Of a DNA stretch of 64,000 nt, positions 12,116 through 26,160 are shown one piece after another (position 1 is the first letter of the stretch; each line of letters opens with the position of its first letter). Origin of the DNA: Octopus bimaculoides (taxonomy: Eukaryota). The notes beneath the pieces were generated by a model. The model searched no databases. It was not told the DNA's origin and was given only the letters and a program-made list of their open reading frames with translations. The translations under genes were made by a program, and so were the position numbers. The stretch is from positions 95,005,249 to 95,069,248 of the forward strand of contig NC_068989.1 of the NCBI RefSeq assembly GCF_001194135.2, read 5' to 3'.

Positions 12116-12233
12116 GGAGGAAGAAGGAAAGAAGGAGGAAGAAGGAAAGAAGGAGGAAGAAGGAAAGAAGGAGGAAGAAGGAAAGAAGGAGGAAGAAGGA
12201 AAGAAGGAGGAAGAAGGAAAGAAGGAGGAAGAG
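12116..12233. repeat. 18-bp purine tandem repeat (GGAGGAAGAAGGAAAGAA)n, ~6.5 copies
   Basis: Direct periodicity; runs into the gap. Confidence 0.95.
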
Positions 12234-12599
12234 AAATACCTATTATATTAATACATACATACATACATATATCCAGATGAGTACATTTTTTTCCTGATAC
12301 CCAGTGAGATTTAAGCGGTTTGGGTGGGGCTAGATTGTGAATATTCTACTCTAAACCAAATTTTATTGACAACATGCGTGGTTGTTGCCATTAAAAAGTG
12401 ATGCCAAGTGCAGTGTTTCATTAATATGCAAAGACAACGTCTCGTACAGTTTGATCACCGAACGACATTCTAAAGGTAGACATTATTTGTTTTCTTAAAG
12501 TGACACTTTGCGATACAGAGTAGTTGATTTTACATTGGCAACGAGCAAAGTTTGTGATAGAAAACTTATAAATTTAATGTTGCTTCCATGTACGGTAAC

Positions 12600-13100
12600 A
12601 GATAATACAACTTTAAACGCTGACGTTGCTTTCCTATAAAAATGCTGCTAGATCGACTGAACAAAATTTTAACAAGAATATCTAAGAAAGGTCTTGATAC
12701 TTTTGATGAGAAGTCTAGTAATTTAAATATATGATAATCTAAATGTTCAAATCAACAAGACCTTTTCTTTGCGTCAAAAGGCTGGATAAGTAGCTTTCAA
12801 GATGATCAAGTGTATCAGGAGAAAGAAGTAGAGATGACAGGAATACGGATGATTTTCTTTCGGTTGTAAAATTAAACTGAAACTTAAGAGAAATCTACGT
12901 ATCACAAGACTAACATACTTAATACATGAAGACTTGCGCTTGATGATAAGTGGCTGTCGCTGCTATCTAATCAGATCTGAGAACAAATTGAATTCCCAAG
13001 GCAATCGTAATTCTGTGCAGGTTTAATATTATAACATTAAAGAGTTAGAAAACGAAGAAGTTGTGGTGAAATCCATTATTTTTTATACTTGGAAACAGAG
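12600..13100 (+). mobile_element. highly decayed pogo/Tigger-like transposase remnant
   Basis: Fragments IYDNLNVQ..FFASKGWISSF (cf. FKASKGWF) and SGERSRD..TDDF (cf. SGEAASAD..F); many stops. Confidence 0.35.
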
Positions 13101-13374
13101 ATTAACCTTGAGTATCCTATGCAAGATTACAACTAATTATTCATCGTATCCATACGTACATCAAAGTGTTGAAACATTCAAACCAAAGCTATTTGAGAGC
13201 CACAAAGCGTTGTACAAGAAACGACAGATCGGATTTTATGAACGTTCACTTGAAATATAATCTAAATATCAAAATATGGAGTATATAAAGAACATATTTG
13301 ATTAACTGCATGTATTTTTACAAAGATTTATTTCAGTAACAGCATAAATTCTTCGGTCTCTCAACTTTATAGGT

Positions 13375-13796
13375 TGTTTAGTTGTCTTCGAGACTATGGT
13401 TTGATATCAGGTGAGAGGTCGATATTTTAACAGCCAAATCTGAGGAGGGAGGGAAACACCCATGACTTTTACAGGGTCTCCGATATTGGTTCAAGGAAAG
13501 GTGGGACTTATATCTAGACCAGAGATCCGACCCAAGTAAAAGTGTTGACCCTGCTACAGTCAGCCATGGTTGAGCGGCGGTTGCAAATAGGTAGATGGAA
13601 TAAGTCTGCCACCCAACAGCAACCCCTCCATCTAACGGACTTCCACGTAGTTTCGATCGACTAATTTCCATTAACCCGGCTTTGGCCAACCCGAGGTTAT
13701 AGTAGATAACTTTTGTTCAACGCGCAGTGCCATGGGATTGAATCCGAAAACATTCAGGTTGCAAGCAAACTTCTTAACCACAGAACCGTGACTGCG
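13375..13796 (-). mobile_element. family A tRNA-like head (13660-13796) fused to a different GC-rich ~290-bp body
   Basis: Reverse complement follows family A to GAAACTACGTGGAAGTCCGT, then diverges into unique sequence instead of (TG)n plus tail. Confidence 0.55.
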
Positions 13797-14929
13797 CTCA
13801 AAGATGCATATTATTTGTATGTATACTAAAAAAAAAAGATGGTGATAAAGAAATAATGAGTTTAAAGCCGAAAGCACTTTTGAATGTGATAAGATGCGGT
13901 GGCGTCGTAATATCAGCTCTACCCGCAACTCGGTTGCACTAAATGATGAAACATCTTCATCGCTTATATGTTCGCTTTATAGCTATGGAACAACAAACTT
14001 GAGATAACGTTAGGTGAAAATAAATGCCTGATAATATTTGTGAGCTGCTGGTAGTTTGAAGGAGAATAAAACTAAATTATATATTCATCTACGTTGCTTC
14101 TGTTCCGTGTGCCAAAAGAAGAACATCTGAAACGCTTTATCAAGGAATGAGATGCTATACAGTTAAAAGACATAAAGATAGTTTTCAGTTTTCAAAAGAT
14201 GCAAATTCGTACGATACTAACTGACATGTCTGACTAGCAATTTGTAAATATTTGCCTACATATAAATTGTATGTGTTCACTAAAATGCATATATACATAT
14301 ATACATATATACAATACATGTATGCATGCATGTATGTATGTATATATATATATATATATATATAGTTAAATGTATATGTTCCTGTATGCAACAAAGCATG
14401 CATATTTATTTATGCATATCAGCATTCAACATAATAATACAAATCTATACGTTCATCGATACATAAATGCATACAAAATATAGAAACATTCTTCCTTACA
14501 TAAAATTACACATGGATAAATGAATAACATCCTATGGTTTCCTTGTGATAATTTTCACCAACTAAATACGGAATTCAATCAAATTTCAGCATTTTATCGT
14601 TTGACAAAAGCAATATATCTCCATATCAGCTACTCCATGAAGCACTGTGAATTGCTTCGCTTGGATATACTTACATAAAACCGCAAATTCAACCGGTAGA
14701 ATTACTTCAGACAGAATAATCTGCAATTCTTAAAAGTATGTCTCCTTCCTAATAACACATCGCTTCTGCTCAGAAAGTATGTGCTTAAGCATAATTTTCT
14801 TTGTCATGCAATCTTCTATTCAATCAATCCAGGTTTCAGCTATATTACTTAAAATTTATGATCTGTAAATAAATGTTTACTAATTGAATTGCTGTTTGGA
14901 TTGTTTCTGTAACTTTGACGTGAGTCATA

Positions 14930-15050
14930 TTCTTCTCTTGTCTTTTAGTGGATTCAGTTAACGGGCAGCGGCCATGCTGGAGCGTGGCATTTCAAGGTTT
15001 GAGTTGATTATTTTGCCCCCAGTACTTTTCCTAATACTTATTCTTATTTC
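14930..15050 (-). mobile_element. SINE family A tail fragment
   Basis: GCAGCGGCCATGCTGGAGC..CCCCAGTACTT..TACTTATTCT. Confidence 0.6.
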
Positions 15051-15493
15051 CTCGTTGTCGTACAATACAAAACGAAGAAGGAGATTTAATTCGGAGGGAA
15101 ATGCCACCAAGTACTTCTTTTCGAATGTACCGATTTTCCCCCCACATTGGAATATGTGATTTATACACAAAAGTTATTATAGCATGATGAAGGCTGCGAA
15201 ACGGCCGTAATCCTAAGGACGGCAGGTGGCTAAATAAATATATTCACCTCTCATACCTGCTGACTCTTTGGGTCTACAAACAGCTCATGAAATAATTTCA
15301 TTGATTGGATCTACTGAATTTCAACTAGATGTATACATACATACATACATACATACGTATGTATGTGTATGTGTAACGAAGAATACCTAAGCCTAGATTT
15401 GGTAGTATACCATAAAACTGCCGGCTACCCGGTAATTCTAAGGGTGAACGAGCTCTATTTTGCATTTTAATACATTCTTAACAGAATACACCT

Positions 15494-15558
<65 letters not shown>

Positions 15559-15577
15559 ATATGTATATATTCTTTTA

Positions 15578-15628
15578 TACTTTTATTTGTTTCAGTCATT
15601 TGACTGCAGCCATGCTGGAGCACCGCCT
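15578..15628 (-). mobile_element. SINE family A extreme 3' fragment
   Basis: TTTGTTTCAGTCATTTGACTGCAGCCATGCTGGAGCACCGCC. Confidence 0.7.
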
Positions 15629-15638
15629 TTATATTCAT

Positions 15639-16096
15639 AGTGACAGACGGTACCAAGTGGTATTGGCATTACTAGAAATAAGAGTCAAAACAGCTCAATA
15701 GTCACAAATGCACTAGTGACGTCTACAAATTCGCTTTTAGGATGTTAAATTGCTAATAAGCAACCCATATTATTTATAGTTTTCACTTTTACTGTTTTTG
15801 AAATCGGTGTATGGGTTCAACGGTTTGCTTATAAGCTGGCATGGTGAGTTGAGTTTAACCCTCGGCGCGGTAAGAGCCACTGATGAGAATTAAGATGCTC
15901 TGCACCGGTGACCTGGCTACGTCCGCTAGGAAACTTATGTCCATTATCAGCAATTAAGATAGTATATTTGTGGCTATTCAGATTTTTTGACTCTTATTTC
16001 TAGCAATGCCGGCACCACTTCGTACCCTCTGTCACTTTACTTACGTCTATAAATTTGCTTTTAGATTGTTAAATTGCTAATGAGCCACCCATATTA
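15639..16096. repeat. 77-bp inverted repeat (15639-15715 / 15960-16036), each arm followed by a 54-bp direct repeat (15719-15772 / 16043-16096)
   Basis: Manual alignment: 12 mismatches in 77 bp (inverted), 6 in 54 bp (direct). Confidence 0.9.
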
Positions 16097-16341
16097 TACG
16101 TGTGTGTGTGTGTGTGAATGGATGTATAGTTGAATGTGAGTATATTTATACGAAGCCCTTATTCAGCTTTATTTCAAGATTCTTTGGCAATAGAGAAAAA
16201 GTCGGTTTATAACCTAGTTCCAAAGATCTTTCATTGGAATTTAAAGGAGCCCAATTGTTCGTATGAGTACCGATACCGAAAACATTGTGGTGTTTTATTG
16301 ATTGCACAAAGTTCCGAGGTTCAAAGTTTCTTTATTCGACT

Positions 16342-16590
16342 CTAATATTCTTTAGTGACACGTGTTTTGTTACCGATGCCATTGTAAGAGGTTTTCATCC
16401 ACCCCTGGATACTTTCCTCATCCACTCCTAGATAACATTCCTCATCAGATACAGGGGAAACAGTTAAGTCATTGATTGAGCTGTTGCTAGTCTGGTTTGC
16501 AGTTTTCCTTCTTTTCACAACCATATAGCAACATTTATTCCGACCAAACTCCAGCCCTGTATCCTTTGGGAATGTTGTAACCATGTTGCA
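16342..16590 (-). mobile_element. Dong/R4-clade LINE RT fragment
   Basis: FPKDTGLEFGRNKCCYMVVKR..ECYLGVDE..VTKEY matches the R4/Dong pattern DIGMEFGLDKC..YKYLGV. Confidence 0.65.
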
Positions 16591-17029
16591 AAAATGTATG
16601 TATGTGTCTATGTGTGTATGTGTGTATGTATGTAGTAATGTACGTGTGTATGTATGTAGTTATGTACGTGTGTATGTATGTAGTAATGTATGTATGAATG
16701 TATGTGTGTATGTATGTGTGCATGTATCTATGCACGGATGGATGGGTGAGTGGATGCAGGATGAGCTTTGCCAGAGTTTACGTCGGCCAAATTTCACTTA
16801 CAAAATATTGTTTGACTCGAGTCTTTGATATATTTGCCCAGAAATTGCCACGCAATGAAATCAAAGCGGAAACCTTGTAGTTTTAAATCGAATTTTTTAC
16901 CCAATCATCCAAATCTGCTCCCACAATATAACTTAATTTATAGTTCATCCAGTTTAGAGTTCCTAACAGTTGTGACATTTCCTCTTTGTTTTGACTATGA
17001 TTGTTGCAATTAATACTGAAAATATCTCT

Positions 17030-17800
17030 GCATCAGCAGCACTTCATCATGTGTGAGAGCTGTATTCCACTGAGATGTTTAGATGAGCGTTGTGGTTAGT
17101 TGGTAACTGTTCTAAAAGATTTCGTAGCTATAAAAAAGGAGGCATAATCTCAGAAATGTAATTTTTGCGTTGTTATAAATGTGAGATTACTAAGAGAGAT
17201 CAAAAGTTGTGTGGCCTAACATTTATAATGATTTCGAGATTTTTAATTACATAACAGTTGGGTGGGGGTAGAAGCTTTCAGCCCGGCTACGTGCACTGAT
17301 TGTACATTGTTGCTGTTCAAAGAGATGGAATTGGTTTTCATTTCCTACTGGAAAATACTTTTGCAAGGGCTCTAATCAGTGAAGAGTTTCTGTTTTGTCG
17401 CAGTATACCTAGGTTACATTCAGATGATGTTTGTGTACAGAAGAGGAAGGTGGGATGAAGACTGGTGTCATTTGAATAATAGTGGGCGTGGCTAAAAGCG
17501 TCAATAATTAGATCATTAATAAACAGGAGAAAAGTCTAGGTAACATAACTGAACCTTGTGGCTAACTAAAGATTATAGAATTGGGAGTTCTAGAGATTTA
17601 TCAGTAATCATTGCGAAGATGGCATCTGACAGGAAGCTTCGAACACAAGAGATGAAATATGAATGAAAACAATATAAAGGTAGTCTTTTTAGCTAGGATA
17701 TGGTTGTGCTAGAGATGGGTAAATAATTTGCTGATCTCAGTTCCTCACGTGTACTTTTAGAAAGCAAGAATTTCAATACACACTAAATTTTTCAACCATC
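17030..17800 (-). mobile_element. degenerate CR1/L2-group LINE, RT domains to thumb
   Basis: Minus frames KRLPLYCFHSYFISCVRSFLSD, PQGSVM.PRL, FINDL..AHYYSNDTSLH and VEYSSHT** in collinear order. Confidence 0.7.
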
Positions 17801-19770
17801 TTCAGCTTCTAGTTACAGCCTGCACAAAAGAGATTGTATGTAACCTATTCTAAATACATCAGGTAGCAATATTTACACTTAACATATATTTTGTTTGACT
17901 AGTAGATACTTCACTGCGACGGTATTGGTGAGTAACAATTGTCGATCAGATTATCTTATGATATCCAATATTTTCTAAACAGAAAATTTGACTAAAATAG
18001 ACTCAAAGGAATATTTTCCATTACCAGTTAGAATTGTTTACAAAATAGCGCGTAGATTCAGAAACCAGAATTAACTTGTAAAAATATCTGACAAGCGATG
18101 TCTGGTAGATGATATCGTTCGTATCTGAAATAGATCAATGTTTATTTTCGCGAAACAATTAGATATAGCGATGGATGGTTAGAAACAGTAGTTTACAAAA
18201 AGAGAGAGAGGGAGAGGGAGGGAGAAACAAGATAGAGGGAGAGAGAAAGAGCAAAGATGGACACCGAGAATAACTAGATGTAATATTGAATTGAAGCGAA
18301 TGAAAAGTAATTTTATGCATTTACTAGATGCCATTTCATGAATGAAACATTTGGCTTCCTTTAATAAAGACCGATCCGAAATTATCACTATTAAAGCGCA
18401 ATCATCAAGCTACGGTATGTCTCTAATAAAGGAATTTTAGTGCAATATCTCTAATACTTGACTTATAATAATCTCCCTTCAAAGCTCTCAACATTTTATT
18501 GTCCGTTCTTTCAGCGTTATAAATAGCGAGTCATGCTTGTGTGTAATACTTAAGTTTATGGTTCTAAGTACACAGACAGATGTCTGTTAAAAGGCATAAA
18601 TGTAATAAGTACATGTAATGCAATGACGAGTAATGTCCGAATTAGTACATCGACTTGGCTAATGCATAGCAGCATTTAGTTCTCTGCGTCTATTTTCTGT
18701 GTTCAAACCACGTTATAATCGATTTTTGTCTTTCAATATTACCATAAATAGTATTAATTATCGAACCCCTCCTCTCTTAAAATATTTAAGGTTTCCAAGT
18801 TAACAGAAATCAATTCAAGGACACGTACAAGAACAGCTACATGGATCTATTCTCTCGAAATTATCTGATCATATTATTTTGGGACCCAAATCATTTTCAT
18901 TTAAATTAAAGAAATTAACCTTTTACACTGATAATCTATGTATACTTAGGTAATAATTACAAGACTCTTATATCAGTGAAATGGTTGAGTGAACTATAAG
19001 TAATTGAGTAATAGCAGCTCATGGTTCGATGGATTAAACCTACAACAGACATTTTGTCTGGTCTTCCGGAACGATTATTATTCGACATGCCTTTCATCTA
19101 TTTGCCGTTGGAAACGTAAAGTAAAATTCGGCAAAAATTAGCTGCAATAAGCTGTAGCAGCCTAATTGGACATTTTATTCTCATTTATTAAATTCTAAAT
19201 TCAATTGAAAACAGAATTAAGTGCCAATTGAGTGAGTCCCAAAGCACAGTTGAAAAGACTGAACAAAATTCATAATCAGTTTCGGGGAACTTTTGAAACC
19301 AAATCCTGTTTGAAAATTTATTGCGGTATCATGGTAGCCTGTAACCTTAATAACTCGCTGGGAATATAATGCATATCCACACGGAGAATACGAGGTCAGT
19401 TCTCAGCAAATCTAGTTGTCGATATAATATCTCTCTCCAGTTACACTCTGAGTGTCATTCGGAAGGAAATTCACGGAAGAGAAACAAATAAATATGCTGA
19501 TGCATTGATAGAAAAGTAAGATGAGATGGGTACACAGAAAAGGAGAGGATAGCTACAAAGGGATTTTATAATTTGGACTGAACATGTAAGGCAGGAAATG
19601 AAAACTAATTCTGCTTTATTTCAGAAGCCTGGTGTAATATATACAGACGTACATACGAAGGGTAACATATAATCGAAAAAAGGACTCGAAGAGTGAATTT
19701 AGCACTTTTTAAAATTATTATTTAAAATTGCTTCGGTAGTATTCCCAGTGCAGCACTTGACCCAAAATAT

Positions 19771-20158
19771 GCAGGAGTGGCTGTGTGGGAAGAAGCTTGC
19801 TTCTCAGCCACAGGATTTCGAGTTCAGTCCCACTGCATGGCACCGTCAGCAAGTGTCTTCTACTATAGCCTCAGGCCGACCAAAGTACTGTGAGTGGATT
19901 TGGTTGACGGAAACTGAAAGAAGCCCATTGTATGTGTGTGTGTGTGTGTGTGTGTCTTTATGATTGTGTTTGTCCTCCCTCAACCGCTAGACAATCGGTG
20001 TTTGTGTGTTTACATCTCCGTAACTTAGTGGTTAGAAAATGGAGAACGATAGAATAAGTACCAAGCTTTCAAAAAGTAAGTCCTGGAAACGATTTGTTCG
20101 ACTAAAGGCGTTCAACACGATGCCCCAGCATGGCTGTAGTCTGACGAATGTAACAAGC
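19771..20158 (+). mobile_element. SINE family A, full length
   Basis: GCAGGAGTGGCTGTGTGG A-box, GAGTTCAGTCCC B-box, CAAGTGTCTTCTACTATAGCC, GAAACTGAAAGAAGCCC, internal (TG)n, tail to CCCCAGCATGGCTGTAGTC. Confidence 0.9.
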
Positions 20159-20959
20159 AACACACACACACACATATACATACCGACACACACACACTGC
20201 AAGGTAGATATATATAAATTTTGCAGAGAAAGAGGTAAAAAAATGTATTTAGAAATAGACTCCAGATAAAACAATGGGATTTAATGAAAGTGGGAGAGTG
20301 AGAGAGTGACAGTGGGAGGGAGAGTAGACAGTGACTTATAAATGAAGCGAAAAGACAAAATATGAATTTGGTTTGTAAGTAAAGGAAATATATTTGATAA
20401 TAAAGCTAAATAGTGTGAAAGGGATCGGCAATTAATAGTTAATGAATGTAATTATCTTCAGGGAATAGTTACGTGAAGATGAAAATCAACAGGTCCCGAG
20501 GTAAAAGATGTCAGGAAGGAAATTTAGGTTGGTTAGTAGAGCAGCGAGCAATCAGGCTATGAATAGGGCAGGTTAGTAGTGTTGGGTGTAGTGTGGTGGG
20601 GTAGAAGGGGTGAGGAGAAGGAGAGAAGGTAAGAAGAACTAGAGGAAGAGATTAAATGAAGAAATACAAGGAAAGACTAAAAGATAGTGTGATGAAAAGA
20701 GAAAGACAGAAAGAAACTATCAAAGAAAGAAAGGAAGTGTGAGAAGAAGAAGGAGGAGGAAGAGAGTAACAACAACAAGTAGAGGAACAAGAGACTGGGA
20801 AAGAAGATGAGAAAGTGGAAAAAGAAGGAAAGCAGAGGAATGGAAGAACAGAAGAAAATACTCAGTGATATGTAAGTGCATATATAAATTATGAGTTAAT
20901 TATCGTAAGCCATAAATGATAAGCAAATGGTTGAAACGCACTGCAAATGTATGCTGCAG

Positions 20960-21530
20960 ATTTCGAAGATTAGAGGAACAATGAAATAACTCTAGCAAAA
21001 GATAATTTACTAACTAGACGTCAGAAATCTTCAGAATGGGGAGAATTTGCGAGGTTTTCGAGTAAAATAATAATGAATTACAAAAGATTTTGACATAGAA
21101 GAGCAGCAGGAATTGCTATAAAATGTTGAATGCGGTTGGTAAAAATTCACATTAAGAGGAGATCATATGGTAATGCTGTAAAAAAGAAAAAAATATTTTT
21201 AATGCAAAAATAAACAAAGCGGGATGGCGTGACGATAGGTAAAAATGGGAAAATAGAACCGTTGCAGAAGGACTCTGAAGAAAAAACAAATAAATAAATT
21301 ATAGATTTAAACCCATGGCAAGAAGAAAAATAGCCGTGTAAAGCAGACCAACAAGATGAAAAAGGTCAATTAATAAGGATTGGAATATGGTCAAGAATGA
21401 AGTGATAAGGCAATTACAGTTAAAAAAAGAGCATAGATAATGTATGAGAAGTTTGTGGTTAGTAAAAGGTAAAGATTGATATCGCAGTAAGTAAAAATTA
21501 CGTGTAGATGGTGCAGAGTTTAGGTAAATG
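20960..21530 (-). mobile_element. degenerate LINE endonuclease-to-RT linker (same type as 17030-17800)
   Basis: Minus fragments RLFFFLPW (cf. FFSDFPW) and ENLANSPHSEDF*RLVSK (cf. NLSNSNSPRDFWHLAK). Confidence 0.35.
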
Positions 21531-22019
21531 TGAAGCACCTCGGCATTATCGTTCGAATAAAGCTTTGGGCTTGCGGTGCACGTTCGGCTTTCAAGCTTTG
21601 TATATACAAAAATGAATGCTTCCCATGTTTATTTAATCGATTACACTTTAACCTGTAAAATGGCTAACTTATTCACGAGCTAAACAAAAACAGGCTTTTA
21701 TCACCAGTTTTTGGCCCTTGGCTTATTGTTCGTTTAAGTTTATAGCTAGCATTTTCTATTAACTCAAATAAATTTGAAGAAAGTAGTTTCGGTTTCTTAA
21801 AATTCGGATTTCTAAATGTGATAGTGGGGTCATTGTGTCGTAGTTTAAAAGGAATGGATAAACTTCTATGAGTGTTGGACTTATTCCTGCTAACATTGCA
21901 CTGGTACATTATTTCATGATCTAAGTATCTATATTCTAGATGGTATTGATTAAGGTTCATGCCTATATAATTCACGCATTTATACGCACGTATGAGTATA
22001 AGCAAGCACATGTACACAC

Positions 22020-22158
<139 letters not shown>

Positions 22159-22159
22159 C

Positions 22160-22207
<48 letters not shown>

Positions 22208-22250
22208 TGAGAGATAGATAGCTGCACGCACGTACATGCACACACACATC

Positions 22251-22540
22251 CAAATAGGGTACCTTATCAGCCGACAAATGATTGAAGGAAAAGAAAGCCT
22301 GTTCTAATCTGCTGGAAGCGTTTGATGGGAATCAAGACAAGTTTTTCTTTTCTGATCTGGTGAGAGGGAATGGAAGATGGACGTATCTTTATGATTAAAC
22401 AACAAAAGGTCATTCCATGGAATGTCGAACCACCTCTTATCCAAGGCCAAAGACTTTCAAGAGCAAGCGATCGGCACAGAAACTCATAATGTCATAATGT
22501 CTGCTTTGTCGGATGACAAGGGCGTCTTTCTCCTTGATTC
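22251..22540 (+). mobile_element. mariner transposase internal fragment
   Basis: KACSNLLEAFDGNQDKFF..LVRGNGRWTYLYD*TTKGHSMECRTTSYPRPKTFKSKRSAQK..DDKGVFLLD corresponds to the region around the first catalytic Asp (cf. IVTGDETW). Confidence 0.75.
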
Positions 22541-22578
22541 ATACACATATAGATATGTATACGCACGTGTGCGTGTGC

Positions 22579-22609
<31 letters not shown>

Positions 22610-22736
22610 AGTGTATGTGTGTAGTGTGTGTGTATTCATGCATGCGTATGTATGTATATATGCATATATATATGTATGTATATATATATATGTGTATATA
22701 TATGTATGAATATATATATATATATATATATATATA

Positions 22737-23248
22737 NNNNNNNNNNNNNNNNNNNNNNNNNNNNNNNNNNNNNNNNNNNNNNNNNNNNNNNNNNNNNNNN
22801 NNNNNNNNNNNNNNNNNNNNNNNNNNNNNNNNNNNNNNNNNNNNNNNNNNNNNNNNNNNNNNNNNNNNNNNNNNNNNNNNNNNNNNNNNNNNNNNNNNNN
22901 NNNNNNNNNNNNNNNNNNNNNNNNNNNNNNNNNNNNNNNNNNNNNNNNNNNNNNNNNNNNNNNNNNNNNNNNNNNNNNNNNNNNNNNNNNNNNNNNNNNN
23001 NNNNNNNNNNNNNNNNNNNNNNNNNNNNNNNNNNNNNNNNNNNNNNNNNNNNNNNNNNNNNNNNNNNNNNNNNNNNNNNNNNNNNNNNNNNNNNNNNNNN
23101 NNNNNNNNNNNNNNNNNNNNNNNNNNNNNNNNNNNNNNNNNNNNNNNNNNNNNNNNNNNNNNNNNNNNNNNNNNNNNNNNNNNNNNNNNNNNNNNNNNNN
23201 NNNNNNNNNNNNNNNNNNNNNNNNNNNNNNNNNNNNNNNNNNNNNNNN
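22737..23248. other. assembly gap
   Basis: N run after (TA)n. Confidence 0.99.
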
Positions 23249-23563
23249 TAGAGCTCAAAATCAATGCATTGAAGATACTTTATTGCAGCAACAATTATAA
23301 TAACAGAAACAACCACAATAAGCCAAACCTATGCACATTTCAATAGGGTATCCAGGATAAATAAACCACATCATAATGCGACCCTGAAGAGATGGAGTAT
23401 CCAGAAATTTGTAGTATGTTGTAATATGTTACAATATTTTACGAGACATCTTATGATGTGGTTTATTTATCCTGGATACCCTATTGAAATGTGCATTCTG
23501 TTATTATAATTGTTGCTGCAATAAAGTATCTTCAATGCATCGATTTTGAGCTCTATCCTTTAA
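23249..23563. mobile_element. foldback MITE with ~105-bp inverted arms; right end CCT|TTAA (Kolobok-like); left end in gap
   Basis: 23249-23376 vs 23451-23555 are reverse complements with 1 mismatch plus a 23-bp indel; 74-bp spacer. Confidence 0.85.
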
Positions 23564-23566
23564 GAG

Positions 23567-24992
<1,426 letters not shown>

Positions 24993-25624
24993 TATGGAGA
25001 ATTTTATATGAGAGCTAGCAAATGAAACATATAATAGTTTTACTATTGACTATCTAGCACCAGAGATGTAAACCCCTTCATGACTAAACAGTACAAGATG
25101 CGAATTTGTTAAAACGGTTGCGTTTACTTTTAATTCCTTTCGTAATTACAGGTTTGAGTTTTGCAACAAATAGTAGAGGGAAAAAAAAAGTTTCCACTTA
25201 CAACATTAATAAAAATCACTTTTAAATGTGTTAAAGAAAGACATTTGTATGCATATTCTTCAATCTATGTATGTAGTTTTCTTAGTGTTAGATATGTTGT
25301 CGCAAAGAAAATATTGTCGCTGTAAAATTAGGTGAAATCAACAGAAGTTTATGTCCGCAAGACACATAGCAATTTAGGGTTTGTTGAACTAAAACGTTTC
25401 CTTTACTGAGGCTGGATGGATGAAAGCTATAATACCATTTCCAATCGTTGAGTTCTGTTTGAAGAAACAGTAAGATCAGTTTTTTGCGGTTGCATTTGAC
25501 GAGTAAAAAGAGTGACACAGCTTTGACTTCTGCTTATGAAACCCAGGAATGACTGGGAGGCAATATTCTTTGATTCTTCCAATAAACCGATGTAAAGAAG
25601 TAAACAACCCAAATGTCCTTAATT

Positions 25625-25663
<39 letters not shown>

Positions 25664-25769
25664 ATGTACGTGTGTGAATGGGGGGATTGACATTTAAAAT
25701 AGGTCTAACAGAAAAACCGTTCACATGTATAAAAAAATCAATCTTCATACATACATTGAAGTATACACT

Positions 25770-25847
25770 AACATACACTGACATATTAACACACATACAC
25801 ATATGTATGCATACACACACGCACGCACATATACATATATATGTATG

Positions 25848-25943
<96 letters not shown>

Positions 25944-25993
25944 TACACACACATATATATACATAAAAACATATAAACACGTATATATATATA

Positions 25994-26049
<56 letters not shown>

Positions 26050-26160
26050 AATGCACAAGCCATTACAGACACATATATGCATATGAACGTGTTTGTATTT
26101 ATATGTGCGTATATATATATATATATGTGCGTAGATATGTACGTAAATGTGTGTGTTCGT
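25770..26160. repeat. compound (TA)n/(CA)n/(TG)n microsatellite region
   Basis: Direct. Confidence 0.9.

Noticed and set aside
9000-12300. Long ORFs rich in CV/HT/YI/X (also at 21.9-23.3, 25.5-26.2, 54.7-55.7 and 57.6-58.0 kb)
   Set aside because: Artefacts of dinucleotide repeats and N gaps.
15181-15225. Hammerhead-like TGATGA-AGGCTG..CGGCC-GTAA
   Set aside because: C3 and A13 are altered and there is no NUH; at best a decayed relic.
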